Virus record (IMG/VR): IMGVR_UViG_3300030060_005313
Location: 1-64,000 of that record
Strand: one strand, 5' to 3'
From: a virus
DNA: 64,000 bases
Both the position numbers and the translations under genes were made by a program. Below, one piece after another: positions 37,978 through 47,866 of the stretch (position 1 is its first letter; each line of letters opens with the position of its first letter). The notes beneath the pieces were generated by a model. That model did no database searches. It was not told the origin of the DNA and was given only the letters and a program-made list of their open reading frames with translations.

Positions 37978-38149
37978 AAGACAAAATAAAAATAAATGAT
38001 GTTGTTGAATTTAAGGCATCTTCACTTGGAAAAGGGACTATAGTTTCCGTACCTAATGAAGATACTCATATGTATACGGTTAGGCTAGGTATACAGGATA
38101 TAAATGGTAAACATATTAGTTGTACCGAACATTACTTTAAGGTAGTTGA

Positions 38150-38362
38150 ATGATTGAAATTCAAAAGAACCGAAGAGAGACAATCAGAATCTCTGAGTCG
38201 GAATACGAAGGTCACAAGTTCATTGATTTGCGAATTTGGTATGATGATAACGGAGAAATGAAACCGACAAAAAAAGGTATATCATTCAATCCTAATATTG
38301 CAAAAGAAGTCATCGAAGGAATACTGAAAACAGTAGAGGAGTCAGATTGGAAAAACTTCTAA
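38150..38362 (+). CDS. PC4/YdbC-like ssDNA-binding protein
   Basis: SEYEGHKFIDLRIWY...KPTKKGISF. Confidence 0.85.
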   Translation: MIEIQKNRRETIRISESEYEGHKFIDLRIWYDDNGEMKPTKKGISFNPNIAKEVIEGILKTVEESDWKNF

Positions 38363-38706
38363 CTAATAAATTGTATTGGGCTATTGTGGCACAGATTATC
38401 GGTGGCGTAACCGCTTTCTTTCAGTTGCAAGGTTGGGTTGTTTGGCCTGATAAACCGTTTCTGAAATCTATATGGTGGTTATACTTAACAAGCATTGTTA
38501 TAGCACCACTATTCTTTTGGAGTACAAAATGGTCTTACGAACACTTTGGTGCTTTTTGGAATATGAGGTTAGCGGGATTTGGTATTAGTACAATAATATT
38601 TGGTTTGTTGGCTTGGAGTCTAATAGGTGAAATACCAACACTAAAAACTATGATTAGTCTTTTATTAGCATTAGCTATAATCTTAATACAAATTAGTAAT
38701 CTTTGA
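38347..38706 (+). CDS. Four-TM membrane protein (SMR/DMT-like)
   Basis: Four hydrophobic helices, GE motif before the last helix. Confidence 0.55.
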   Translation: MEKLLTNKLYWAIVAQIIGGVTAFFQLQGWVVWPDKPFLKSIWWLYLTSIVIAPLFFWSTKWSYEHFGAFWNMRLAGFGISTIIFGLLAWSLIGEIPTLKTMISLLLALAIILIQISNL

Positions 38707-38717
38707 GGAGAATTGAA

Positions 38718-39113
38718 ATGAAAAATTTATCTAAAATACACATTATAATTGCAATACTTGCTTTTATATTTGGGACTCAACTTAGAGGACAGACATTTAG
38801 TTATGATAAAGTTTCAGACTTTGAACTGAAACCTATGCCACCTGAATTAGTTCCATATCAGATTGTACCATTAGATCCTGTACCTGATTGTAGATTGGAA
38901 ATGGGTATTGAATTAATATATCCTCAAAGTATTATGAATCTACCAGAACCACAACGTGAAGAAACATTAGAGATTATTTACAAAAGAGTAGCATTCGAGA
39001 TATCGAATCCTGAGAAATCTGCTGGTTTATTTCAAATTGATGGACAGATGTATCATTTAATCAGAATACCTTACACAGGTGCTTCTAACTTTTGGGGTTG
39101 GGAATATGATTGA
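38718..39113 (+). CDS. Secreted hypothetical protein
   Basis: GAGGAG SD, signal-peptide-like N-terminus. Confidence 0.6.
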   Translation: MKNLSKIHIIIAILAFIFGTQLRGQTFSYDKVSDFELKPMPPELVPYQIVPLDPVPDCRLEMGIELIYPQSIMNLPEPQREETLEIIYKRVAFEISNPEKSAGLFQIDGQMYHLIRIPYTGASNFWGWEYD

Positions 39114-39420
39114 GTATATCTTATTAGGGGTATTTGCTCCAATAATTTTAAACCTAATGCATCTATTAGTTGGATTGTATGTGGTTACACAACGAGGTAA
39201 CATGATGTCATTAGGATTTACTGGTATTAGTTTTCTCACCAAAACCGTTGCCATGTTATTTTTGACTTGGTTGGGTGTTGGGTTCTTAGGATTGGTTATG
39301 GCTATCTTTATACCATTACTCACATTCTTTTGGTTTTTTACACATATAGTCGAGGCATTTGTAATACAACACTATATGAAAGAAAATGTTCCAAAAGAAT
39401 TACAAAGGATGCAAATATGA
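39106..39420 (+). CDS. Membrane protein
   Basis: Three hydrophobic helices. Confidence 0.6.
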   Translation: MIEYILLGVFAPIILNLMHLLVGLYVVTQRGNMMSLGFTGISFLTKTVAMLFLTWLGVGFLGLVMAIFIPLLTFFWFFTHIVEAFVIQHYMKENVPKELQRMQI

Positions 39421-39640
39421 TTTATTTATTTATCGGAGTCATAATACTTATATTAACAATGCAAATTAGAAATGGATGGAAGTGGTAATGGGTTGGTGGA
39501 TGAGATTACAGTTTACTTCTTGGTGGAGTAAATTTATGGAATGGAGATTAGACAGGCAATCAAAGAAGTTTGCTAAAGAGTTAAAAAGAAAAAATTATCA
39601 ACCACGACAGCCGTGGGATAATGGAATATGGAGATAGAAT

Positions 39641-39964
39641 GTGGCATATAATTACTTTAAAGGTATACCAGAATTACCTGAGTATGCTAGAGAAAAAAGA
39701 AAAAGACCACCGATGGTGGCAGTTGTTGATGAGGATAATTGTACGGGATGTCAAGCATGCGTTCCTTTCTGTCCTGTGGATTGTATTGAGCCAGTAGCTA
39801 GTGATAAGTATGAATGGCCGGTTATTCCTCCTGTACAGGTTAGGTTTAATGAGTGTACTGGATGTCAGGTATGTGCAAGGGTTTGTACAAAGTTTACTTG
39901 GGATGCGATAAGAATGTTGAAAACAGATACATTTGAAGAATTATATCAATTTGAGGTAGATTAA
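39641..39964 (+). CDS. 2x[4Fe-4S] ferredoxin (RnfB C-terminal-like)
   Basis: CTGCQACVPFCP and CTGCQVCARVC. Confidence 0.9.
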   Translation: MAYNYFKGIPELPEYAREKRKRPPMVAVVDEDNCTGCQACVPFCPVDCIEPVASDKYEWPVIPPVQVRFNECTGCQVCARVCTKFTWDAIRMLKTDTFEELYQFEVD

Positions 39965-40260
39965 TGAAAACAAAGGTTATATTATTATTTTTATTTTTAA
40001 TTGGTTGTAATGAGAAATCGTTAGAACCTGAAACTTTTGAAATAAAAGATAAGATTACAAAAAATATACATATATTTAGGAAAGAACCTAAATTAAAAAA
40101 GAGCATCTTATATTGTATAAAAGATAAAGAGCGTAAGGTGGTTTGGGTAGATTGGCATCCCGACCAAACACCAGAATTTACATATAGAGTTGATTCCTAT
40201 GCAAATTATATAGAGAGAACTTGGGTAGAGCAACATTACGGATATAGGATAGCACCTTGA
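39964..40260 (+). CDS. Putative lipoprotein
   Basis: MKTKVILLFLFLIGC lipobox. Confidence 0.65.
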   Translation: MKTKVILLFLFLIGCNEKSLEPETFEIKDKITKNIHIFRKEPKLKKSILYCIKDKERKVVWVDWHPDQTPEFTYRVDSYANYIERTWVEQHYGYRIAP

Positions 40261-40742
40261 AAAAATTAAGTTGGTTATTGGTACTATTTTGTTGTGATGA
40301 TAGAATAGAAAAACCTGATAAGGCTAATGTAATTGTGACGGTGTTAAGAATAGATAGGATTGAGATACAAGATAATATATGGATTACACCAGCACCGATG
40401 TGGGGGCACTTAGAATCGATGGATACGCCTGTTGATAGGTTAGTGGTTCATTGGTGGAGTAACATGTATTGGGATGAGGATGATTCAAGTGGTCATTATA
40501 GATTACTACCAAACAGAAGAAACAAAGCAATACGGTATGATAACTTTGGTAACAGAGATACGATGGATGTAAATGTAGATACTCTGAGATGGATTACAGA
40601 TGAATATTCTACTGTAGATAGTCTAGGATATTTTTACAATACACTAACACCTACAAAGATGATGCAAGATAGATTTATGAAATTATATTGGAGTATCGAA
40701 AATACATTGATAGATTCACAAACAATATTTTTAATGGATTAG
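40257..40742 (+). CDS. Putative lipoprotein
   Basis: MKKLSWLLVLFCC; similar to 27978..28625. Confidence 0.6.
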   Translation: MKKLSWLLVLFCCDDRIEKPDKANVIVTVLRIDRIEIQDNIWITPAPMWGHLESMDTPVDRLVVHWWSNMYWDEDDSSGHYRLLPNRRNKAIRYDNFGNRDTMDVNVDTLRWITDEYSTVDSLGYFYNTLTPTKMMQDRFMKLYWSIENTLIDSQTIFLMD

Positions 40743-40850
40743 AAATGAATAAACAACATAGGAGTAAAAAATGACATTAGGATTAGGAATAACAGTAGCA
40801 ATATTATTATTAACATTTTGGTTGTATAGAGATGATTTGAGGAACTGGTA

Positions 40851-41084
40851 GTGAAAGAGTTTCCTCAAAAAGAAGCTTACATATTATTTGGCGACCAACT
40901 AAATAAGATTATGAAATGTCTCTATATACTGAAAAGTAGAAATGACGATGTTGATGGTTTATCACGTTTTATCGAACAATTAGAAACCATGCCATCATAT
41001 GATGATATGCTTAGTAAGTTTGAAGATTCGGATGATGATTTAGAAGACCTTTTGAATGGTTTTGGATTAACATTACCAGATTGA
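40851..41084 (+). CDS. Hypothetical protein
   Basis: GAGGA SD, GTG start. Confidence 0.55.
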   Translation: MKEFPQKEAYILFGDQLNKIMKCLYILKSRNDDVDGLSRFIEQLETMPSYDDMLSKFEDSDDDLEDLLNGFGLTLPD

Positions 41085-41281
41085 TTATGAAGAAAAAATT
41101 AAAACACGATGTGGATTCTACAATAGTTGATTTGATAATGGAACATTATAATATACAATCTTTTAGTGGTATGAAAGAAAACTTGACTGGTGAAGAGTTT
41201 GACAGAATACTAGAGGTTGCAAAAGAAATGTATTATATGGATATGTTGAAAAGTGTTAAGCACAACATGCCACGAAGCTGA
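41081..41281 (+). CDS. Hypothetical protein
   Basis: 66 aa ORF in operon. Confidence 0.5.
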   Translation: MIMKKKLKHDVDSTIVDLIMEHYNIQSFSGMKENLTGEEFDRILEVAKEMYYMDMLKSVKHNMPRS

Positions 41282-41414
41282 TGTATTATTTACTAAAGAT
41301 AAAATGGCTTGTTGAAGATATAATTAATTTTGTATATCAGGCTTTACAACTATACTTATATAGTAGACATTTAAAAATGAGAATTGAAAAAAATAACTTT
41401 GGGAGAAGAGAAGA

Positions 41415-41894
41415 ATGGTAAATCTAAATATAAAAATATTAGAAGAGTCAGTAAGAAGATACTATGACACAAGTAAAGGCTGGTCACATGTACGGAAAAG
41501 AAAACCTGATGGGTATAAAGGTGATGCCGGTTTTGATTTGTACTTTCCAGATCAACATTTAGTCTGTGCACATGAAACCGCGTTGATACCATTAGGTATT
41601 GCTGGAGAAATGACAGATGAATATGTACCGATTAGTTACTATGTCACACCAAGAAGTAGTATTTACAAAACACCACTTAGAATGGCTAACTCAATCGGCG
41701 TAATGGATAGTGGGTATCGTGGTGAGTATATGGTACCTGTTGATAATAATTCTGATGAAGACTATATGATTAAACCTGGTGAAAGATTGTTTCAAGTAAT
41801 CCATCCTTTGCTAATACCATTCACTACAAAGATAGTCGATAGATTATCAAAATCAGAAAGAGGTGAAGGTGGATTTGGGAGTACTGGTAAATGA
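41415..41894 (+). CDS. dut: Trimeric dUTPase
   Basis: AGFDL, PRSS, GVMDSGYRGE, GERLFQ, RGEGGFGSTG. Confidence 0.95.
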   Translation: MVNLNIKILEESVRRYYDTSKGWSHVRKRKPDGYKGDAGFDLYFPDQHLVCAHETALIPLGIAGEMTDEYVPISYYVTPRSSIYKTPLRMANSIGVMDSGYRGEYMVPVDNNSDEDYMIKPGERLFQVIHPLLIPFTTKIVDRLSKSERGEGGFGSTGK

Positions 41895-42053
41895 GTAACG
41901 AAGTATTAGCAATAATCATAGCAATAATAATTATGGTGCCTGCAATATTGTTTTATGAGTTTATAGTTATCAGAAATTATGCTGATAAGTTTTTACCACC
42001 AACAGTATTGAGTTTATTCTCAAATGGAAACCCAAGAAACTTAGATAAGAAAA

Positions 42054-42245
42054 ATGAAAAAAATAAGACATCATAAATTACCAATAACCTTAGAATCAGC
42101 AGACCACCTAACACCTGATATGTTGAAGGCCATACAAATACAGATGGCAGAATACAGTTGGGATGATTGGATTGATGAGGATGGTAACTGGTTCAAATAT
42201 TGGAACAAACCAAACCCTAAACAAATGGAGTTATTCAATGGATAA
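42054..42245 (+). CDS. Small protein with C-terminal QMELF
   Basis: 63 aa; ends PKQMELFNG. Confidence 0.55.
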   Translation: MKKIRHHKLPITLESADHLTPDMLKAIQIQMAEYSWDDWIDEDGNWFKYWNKPNPKQMELFNG

Positions 42246-42483
42246 CCAATTACAAGAATTATTAACAATCACTATGGAAGAGTGTGGTGAATTAATTCAG
42301 GCTTGTAGTAAAGCCATACGATGCGATGATTATCATATGAATAAAAAGCTGATTGAAGAGGTTGGTGATGTCATGTGTATGATTGAATTGTTACAACAAT
42401 ATGATTTGGTCTCTTATCAGGAAATAGATGAGAGAGTAATAGAGAAAAGAAAGAAACTAGAGAAATGGAGTAATTTAATATGA
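42238..42483 (+). CDS. MazG-like NTP pyrophosphohydrolase
   Basis: MEECGELIQACSK...LIEEVGDV; GGAG SD before ATG 42238. Confidence 0.8.
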   Translation: MDNQLQELLTITMEECGELIQACSKAIRCDDYHMNKKLIEEVGDVMCMIELLQQYDLVSYQEIDERVIEKRKKLEKWSNLI

Positions 42484-43421
42484 ACATAGGTTATGCCTGT
42501 ATTAATATGCAATTGTCATACCCACAAAAGTATGGTGGTAAAGAGAAAGGTGTAAAACCAATCACCACAGGTCGTAGTATGATTAAAAGAACTTTTGAGT
42601 CTAAAGGTTTAGATTATGCTAGTGAACTTGCATTAGCTAATGCTATGGATTTGGACAGAATCATTGATTGGAATATACTTAACGGTTACAATTTTTTCCG
42701 TATCACATCAGGTCTTGCACCTTGGAAATCGGAATACGAATGGGACGACTTAAAAGATATATCTACAATCAGAACTTACCTACGTTCTGCGGGTATTAAA
42801 TGCGATACTCATAATGTTAGGATTACATCTCATCCTGGTCCTTTCAATGTATTGACATCCCCACACGAACACGTTGTAGAAAATTGTGTTGGTGATTTAA
42901 CTGATCATGGAGATACTTTTGATATGATGAATTTAAGTCGCACACCCTACAACAAAATTAATATTCACATTGGTGGTGCATATGGAGACAAACCAAAATC
43001 AATGGAAAGATTCTGTAAGAACTTTGAAAGGTTACCAGAATCAGTTCAGAGTAGATTGACAGTTGAGAATGATGACAAAGCATCAATGTATTCAGTAAAG
43101 GAGTTATATGATGGAGTATATAAACGTATCGGTATTCCTATTGTTTTCGATTATCATCACCACAAGTTTTGCACAGGTGGATTATCAGAAAGAGAAGCTT
43201 TGGAATTGGCTTGTTCTACTTGGCCCAAAGGTATTACACCAGTTGTCCACTATAGCGAAAGTCGCAGTAAGGAACGACTTGACGAATCAATTAGACCCCA
43301 AGCACATTCTGATTATGTTTACGAGTATATTGATACTTATGATAATGATGTTGATATTATGATTGAAGCAAAACACAAAGAGCTAGCTGTACAGAGATAC
43401 AAAGAGTTACATATAAACTAA
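42480..43421 (+). CDS. uvsE: UV-damage endonuclease
   Basis: IGYACIN, FFRITS, SHPGPFNVL, NIHIGG, LTVENDD, VFDYHHH, HYSE, AHSD, IMIEAKHKE. Confidence 0.95.
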   Translation: MNIGYACINMQLSYPQKYGGKEKGVKPITTGRSMIKRTFESKGLDYASELALANAMDLDRIIDWNILNGYNFFRITSGLAPWKSEYEWDDLKDISTIRTYLRSAGIKCDTHNVRITSHPGPFNVLTSPHEHVVENCVGDLTDHGDTFDMMNLSRTPYNKINIHIGGAYGDKPKSMERFCKNFERLPESVQSRLTVENDDKASMYSVKELYDGVYKRIGIPIVFDYHHHKFCTGGLSEREALELACSTWPKGITPVVHYSESRSKERLDESIRPQAHSDYVYEYIDTYDNDVDIMIEAKHKELAVQRYKELHIN

Positions 43422-43440
43422 TAATTTTTTAGTTTCTTCA

Positions 43441-43448
43441 TATTTATA
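43441..43448 (+). promoter_or_regulatory. Candidate late-promoter motif TATTTATA
   Basis: Intergenic, heads the basic modular protein cluster. Confidence 0.5.
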
Positions 43449-43473
43449 ATTGTATAGATTTATGGAGATTACT

Positions 43474-44712
43474 GTGACCAAAAATGAATTTAGAAATTTA
43501 GTTGTATCTGAACTTAAAGATTATTTAGAAGCTAAAATGAGTTCAGAAGAAGCTAAAGTCCTACAGTTTCTAATCAAACACGGTGCCAACCCAAAAGAAG
43601 CAGAAAAAGATGTTAAGAAACATTTTAAAAATGCTAAAAGAATTTGGAGAGGTTCTACTCCTGCAAAACTTGCAAATAAAATTTCCTTTCTAGCAGCAAA
43701 CGAATCCATTACAGAATCCCATCACGATAAAAAAGAAGGTAAGATGGCTAAGTACGATGCAAAAGAAATAGCCGAAGATTCTATTGCTGTTTTTAAAATG
43801 ATAGATAAAGATATGGATTTACCTGAATGGTTAGAAGCTAAGATTACAAAGTCAGCAGACTATATGAATTCAGTAAAAGATTATCTAACTCACCATATGA
43901 AAAGTGATGATAGTGATAATGAGAATCAGTCTCAAAACGAAGATATGAAAAATACTTCTAATATGATGAAGTCTGTTCGTAAAGGACCCAAAGTCGGACC
44001 TTGGGATATCATTGTAAGTAAAAATAATAAGATAGTAAAAAGAGTACTTGTAAAAAATCTAAAAGAGATACCAGCAGAAATGTCTGATTTGAGAGACAAG
44101 TATCCAAACCATGTTATCGGTATAGAATCTAAAGCAGGTAAGATAGTTTACAGAGAAGGAACTTGTGGTTATGGAGTAGATGGTAAGTTAGGAGAAGAAC
44201 CAGCAGGTCCTCATCTACTTAATAAAAGAAGATTACTAAAGTCTAAGAAGAAAAAATTTGATTTAGATGAAGCTTGTCAAAAAGGATATATGACACATCC
44301 TACTCGTAAAACTAAAATTATGTTTGGTAAACGATATAGGAATTGTGTTAAGAAAGAAGGGGCTGATACCACAGTTACTTTAGAACAAGCAGAACAAATT
44401 GCAGATAATATTTGTGTAAATTGTGGTGACTTTACAAATGAAAATTTAAGGAAGTGGTTCAAACAGAAATGGGTGAACATCGGAAAGAAAAAGAAGGGTG
44501 GTGGACATCCTCCTTGTGGTACAAGTGGTAAGAAGAGAGGGTATGCTAAATGTGTTCCAGCTTCTAAAGCTGCTAGTATGACAAAGAAACAAAAGGCAAG
44601 TGCTACTCGTAGAAAGAGAGCAGCTCAAAATAAGAAAGGTAGAGGTGGTACATCATCACTCAAAGGTGGTGGTAAGAAACCAATATACGTTTCTACTAAG
44701 CCTAAGAAATGA
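43474..44712 (+). CDS. Modular basic protein (candidate virion-internal polyprotein)
   Basis: GGAG SD + GTG; unrelated modules separated by Glu-ending linkers; includes DLPEWLEAKIT and LRKWFKQKWV...KCVP modules. Confidence 0.75.
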   Translation: MTKNEFRNLVVSELKDYLEAKMSSEEAKVLQFLIKHGANPKEAEKDVKKHFKNAKRIWRGSTPAKLANKISFLAANESITESHHDKKEGKMAKYDAKEIAEDSIAVFKMIDKDMDLPEWLEAKITKSADYMNSVKDYLTHHMKSDDSDNENQSQNEDMKNTSNMMKSVRKGPKVGPWDIIVSKNNKIVKRVLVKNLKEIPAEMSDLRDKYPNHVIGIESKAGKIVYREGTCGYGVDGKLGEEPAGPHLLNKRRLLKSKKKKFDLDEACQKGYMTHPTRKTKIMFGKRYRNCVKKEGADTTVTLEQAEQIADNICVNCGDFTNENLRKWFKQKWVNIGKKKKGGGHPPCGTSGKKRGYAKCVPASKAASMTKKQKASATRRKRAAQNKKGRGGTSSLKGGGKKPIYVSTKPKK

Positions 44713-44713
44713 T

Positions 44714-45148
44714 ATGATTAAACTACAAGACTTATTAGAACAAAAATACAAAGAGTGTCCACCAGCAACACAAGATGTAAAGTTGAATACTCAGAATAGA
44801 GATATCACAACTAGAGACTTTAACTATGGTCCTCAAGATGTAGATAATCCAGGTGACTATTGGGAGAAAGTTGCTAAGAGGTGGAATACTGAAGTAGAGA
44901 ACGTTAACAAATCTTTATGTGGTAATTGTGTTGCATTTGATATTTCACCAAGAATGTTAGAGTGTATGCCAGGTGAAGTGTCAGATGATTCAGGTCATTT
45001 AGGATACTGTTGGATGCATCATTTCAAATGTCACTCTAAACGTAGTTGTCATACTTGGGCTAAAGGTGGTCCTATAAAAGATGATAGGGTTTCTTACATT
45101 TGGGGTAAGAAGGCCTTTGGTGGAAAAGATGCCAAAGAAGTGGAGTAA
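44714..45148 (+). CDS. MIKL-leader Cys-rich protein
   Basis: MIKLQDLLE leader; CPPATQD...CGNC...GYCWMHHFKCHSKRSCHTW. Confidence 0.75.
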   Translation: MIKLQDLLEQKYKECPPATQDVKLNTQNRDITTRDFNYGPQDVDNPGDYWEKVAKRWNTEVENVNKSLCGNCVAFDISPRMLECMPGEVSDDSGHLGYCWMHHFKCHSKRSCHTWAKGGPIKDDRVSYIWGKKAFGGKDAKEVE

Positions 45149-46745
45149 AAAATACAAACGAAGTATTGATTGTAATAACCCAAAAGGATTTAGTCAAAAG
45201 GCACATTGTGCTGGAAGAAAGAAGAAGGAGAACGTAATGAGTTCAAAGTTAGAAGAGCTAGTAGGTAAACCAATTACAGAAGAACAATTTGATGAAGCCG
45301 CAGGTAAGAAAGATGCGTGCTACCACAAAGTCAAAGCTCGTTACGATGTATGGCCATCAGCTTACGCGAGTGGAGCACTTGTCAAGTGTCGTAAGGTAGG
45401 TGCTAAGAATTGGGGTAATAAATCCAAAAAAGAAGGTGTCAATGAACAGAGTTGGCATAAAGATTTCAAAGGATATAGTGATAAAGAACTAAAAGTTATT
45501 TCTAAATTTATTATGTTGAGTGATAAAGGTATTGATGGTGTTATCAAAATGTCTAAGAAAAAAGCTTTTAAACCTATGATAAAAAAAATGGCACAAAAAG
45601 GATTACATGAAAATGTGAATGAAGTTGATGCCGCTACTCAAAAGAAGATAGATAAACTTAGAGCAGATAAGAAAAGGCAAATTGATCTTCAAAAGAGAGT
45701 AAAAGATTTTCAAATGAGGGCTACAGTAGGTAAAAAAATTGACAGTCTTAATAGACAAATTCGTAAACTTCGTGGAGAAGGCTTAGATGATTTAAAAGCA
45801 TTACCAAAAGACCTAAAGAAAAGTATTAAAAAAAGTAGGGAAGAAAATGTAAATGAAGCCAGAGATCCTATTATAGATAAAATGGACAGAAAAACAAAAA
45901 TTACTTTTTCTAAAAGTTTGAGTCCAAGACTAAATCACTTAAAAGGTAAGACTCTTACAGTTGTCAAAAAAGGTATTAATCTTTTTAACGTATTGCCTGA
46001 TGGTGCTAAGTATAATCCAGCAAATGTCAGAACGATAGAAGCACCAGTGCTTTTGAGAATGATGAAGAATAGAGCTATAACAAAAATTATCGATGGTAAA
46101 GGTAAGGTTCTTCACAACGTAAGAGAGGGAGTATTAAAAGAGAATCCAGCTGCAATAGCCGCTGCTCAGAGAATGGTTGTACAGAATAAATCAGGTAATA
46201 AGATATCTGTAAATACTGCACGTCAATCTTCATATGCACAAAAAGATCCTTCGACACATAAGAAAGCTAAAAGTTTGTTTCAGAGAATTAAAGATAAATT
46301 TAAAAAGAAAGAATCCGTAGATGAAGCCAGAGGAACTTGTTGGGTAGGATACCAACAAAAAGGTATGAAGGAAAAGAATGGTAGAATGGTGCCTAATTGT
46401 GTAAAAGAAATAATCGAAATATTCTATGAAGAAAATGGAGAGGGACACGGATACACATTTGAACATATAAAAGAAAATAATTTAAATGAAGCCGAATACC
46501 AAGGTAGAAAAGTGAAGTTAGGGAAGATAATGCAAGGTGATGTAAAGAAGTTCAAAGTATATGTTAAGAATCCAAAAGGTAATGTAGTTAAGGTTAACTT
46601 TGGACAAGGTGGTGATGCTAAAGGTGGAACAATGAGAATCAGAAAATCCAATCCTAAGGCAAGAGCTAATTTTAGAGCGAGACATAATTGTGATAACCCA
46701 GGGCCAAGACATAAGGCCAGATATTGGAGTTGCAGAAAATGGTAA
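45129..46745 (+). CDS. Modular basic protein (candidate virion-internal polyprotein)
   Basis: Modules KWSKKYKRSIDCNNPKGFSQKAHC, DACYHKVK...WPSAYASGALVKCRK, CWVGY...PNCV, AEYQGRKVKL...FRARHNC...RYWSC, linked by EGVNE/ENVNE/ESVDE/NLNE. Confidence 0.8.
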   Translation: MPKKWSKKYKRSIDCNNPKGFSQKAHCAGRKKKENVMSSKLEELVGKPITEEQFDEAAGKKDACYHKVKARYDVWPSAYASGALVKCRKVGAKNWGNKSKKEGVNEQSWHKDFKGYSDKELKVISKFIMLSDKGIDGVIKMSKKKAFKPMIKKMAQKGLHENVNEVDAATQKKIDKLRADKKRQIDLQKRVKDFQMRATVGKKIDSLNRQIRKLRGEGLDDLKALPKDLKKSIKKSREENVNEARDPIIDKMDRKTKITFSKSLSPRLNHLKGKTLTVVKKGINLFNVLPDGAKYNPANVRTIEAPVLLRMMKNRAITKIIDGKGKVLHNVREGVLKENPAAIAAAQRMVVQNKSGNKISVNTARQSSYAQKDPSTHKKAKSLFQRIKDKFKKKESVDEARGTCWVGYQQKGMKEKNGRMVPNCVKEIIEIFYEENGEGHGYTFEHIKENNLNEAEYQGRKVKLGKIMQGDVKKFKVYVKNPKGNVVKVNFGQGGDAKGGTMRIRKSNPKARANFRARHNCDNPGPRHKARYWSCRKW

Positions 46746-46969
46746 ATGAAAAAGATAATGCGTATCCAAATATAAGTAGACATTCTAGTTTTTTAATAGA
46801 TGATATGTTAGATGATTCTGCTCAACTCTATGATAAGTATGAAGTAGCAAAGTTAATAAAATCGTTAGTAAGAGATGGAATGGATAAGAATTATTTAATT
46901 AAACTGTACAGAAAAAATCCTATGAAATTTTCAGATGAATTAGAAGATATAAAGAAGTCCTCACGATGA
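46724..46969 (+). CDS. Hypothetical protein
   Basis: Fills a gap in the operon; exact start uncertain. Confidence 0.5.
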   Translation: MELQKMVNEKDNAYPNISRHSSFLIDDMLDDSAQLYDKYEVAKLIKSLVRDGMDKNYLIKLYRKNPMKFSDELEDIKKSSR

Positions 46970-47439
46970 TTAAACTAAAAAAACTACTAACAGAAGCACC
47001 TCAAATTAAGAAGGTAAAGAATGTTTCCGTACAATACTTTGGTGCAGAATATGCTGGTGAGATGGCTTTCTCAGGATACTTTAGAAAAGCATGGTTGTAT
47101 GAAAAAGATAATGGTGAATGGTTTGCTATAGTGATTACCAAAAATAAGAATAGGTATCAGATTGAATTAGGTAAACACAAAAATAAATTAAGTGCAGATA
47201 AGGCAGCAGAAAAAATCATTAAAAGAAATCTTAATAAATTTGAATCTGTAAATGAAAAGATGAATCCACGAAGATACTCTGAGATAAAAGGTCAGGCTAG
47301 GTATCTTGCTATGGAAATGAAATCTTTAAACAAAGCTATCAGAACTCAAGATGAAGATTTAATTGTAGATAGTATAGATTACATATTAGGTAAAGCAAAA
47401 ATGATGAAAGAAATCTTAGGGGATAAGAGATATGATTAA
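46966..47439 (+). CDS. MIKL-leader basic protein (two modules)
   Basis: MIKLKKLLTE leader; internal ESVNE linker. Confidence 0.75.
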   Translation: MIKLKKLLTEAPQIKKVKNVSVQYFGAEYAGEMAFSGYFRKAWLYEKDNGEWFAIVITKNKNRYQIELGKHKNKLSADKAAEKIIKRNLNKFESVNEKMNPRRYSEIKGQARYLAMEMKSLNKAIRTQDEDLIVDSIDYILGKAKMMKEILGDKRYD

Positions 47440-47866
47440 ACTAAAAGAATTACTAAAAGAAAGTTTCTATGTTGCATTAGTATCAAAACCACGTACAGGA
47501 AACTTTAACAAACCGGTTGGAAATTTTAAACTAATGTCTAAGGGTAGAGCTGCTGGTTTAGCTGCTCAGTCTGCTGAGAAAATATTAAAATCTGAAATAG
47601 GTAGAAACTTATCTAGAGAAGCTGCGGAGAATGCAAAGGTAGTTGCAACATATGATGAGAAAGGTGTTCATCACGGAAGAATCAATATGGGCCCAAGAAG
47701 ATTTGTGAGTGCAATTGCAGCCGAAGTAGATATAGAAGAAAGAAAATTCGGTATGAACATATCCAATAAATCTATACAGGTTACTAAAAATATGGATATG
47801 GTAATTGGAAAGACACAAAAAGATGTTGAGAAAATGTTAAAAAACAAATATAAAGTTAAAGTATGA
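47432..47866 (+). CDS. MIKL-leader basic protein
   Basis: MIKLKELLKE leader. Confidence 0.75.
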   Translation: MIKLKELLKESFYVALVSKPRTGNFNKPVGNFKLMSKGRAAGLAAQSAEKILKSEIGRNLSREAAENAKVVATYDEKGVHHGRINMGPRRFVSAIAAEVDIEERKFGMNISNKSIQVTKNMDMVIGKTQKDVEKMLKNKYKVKV

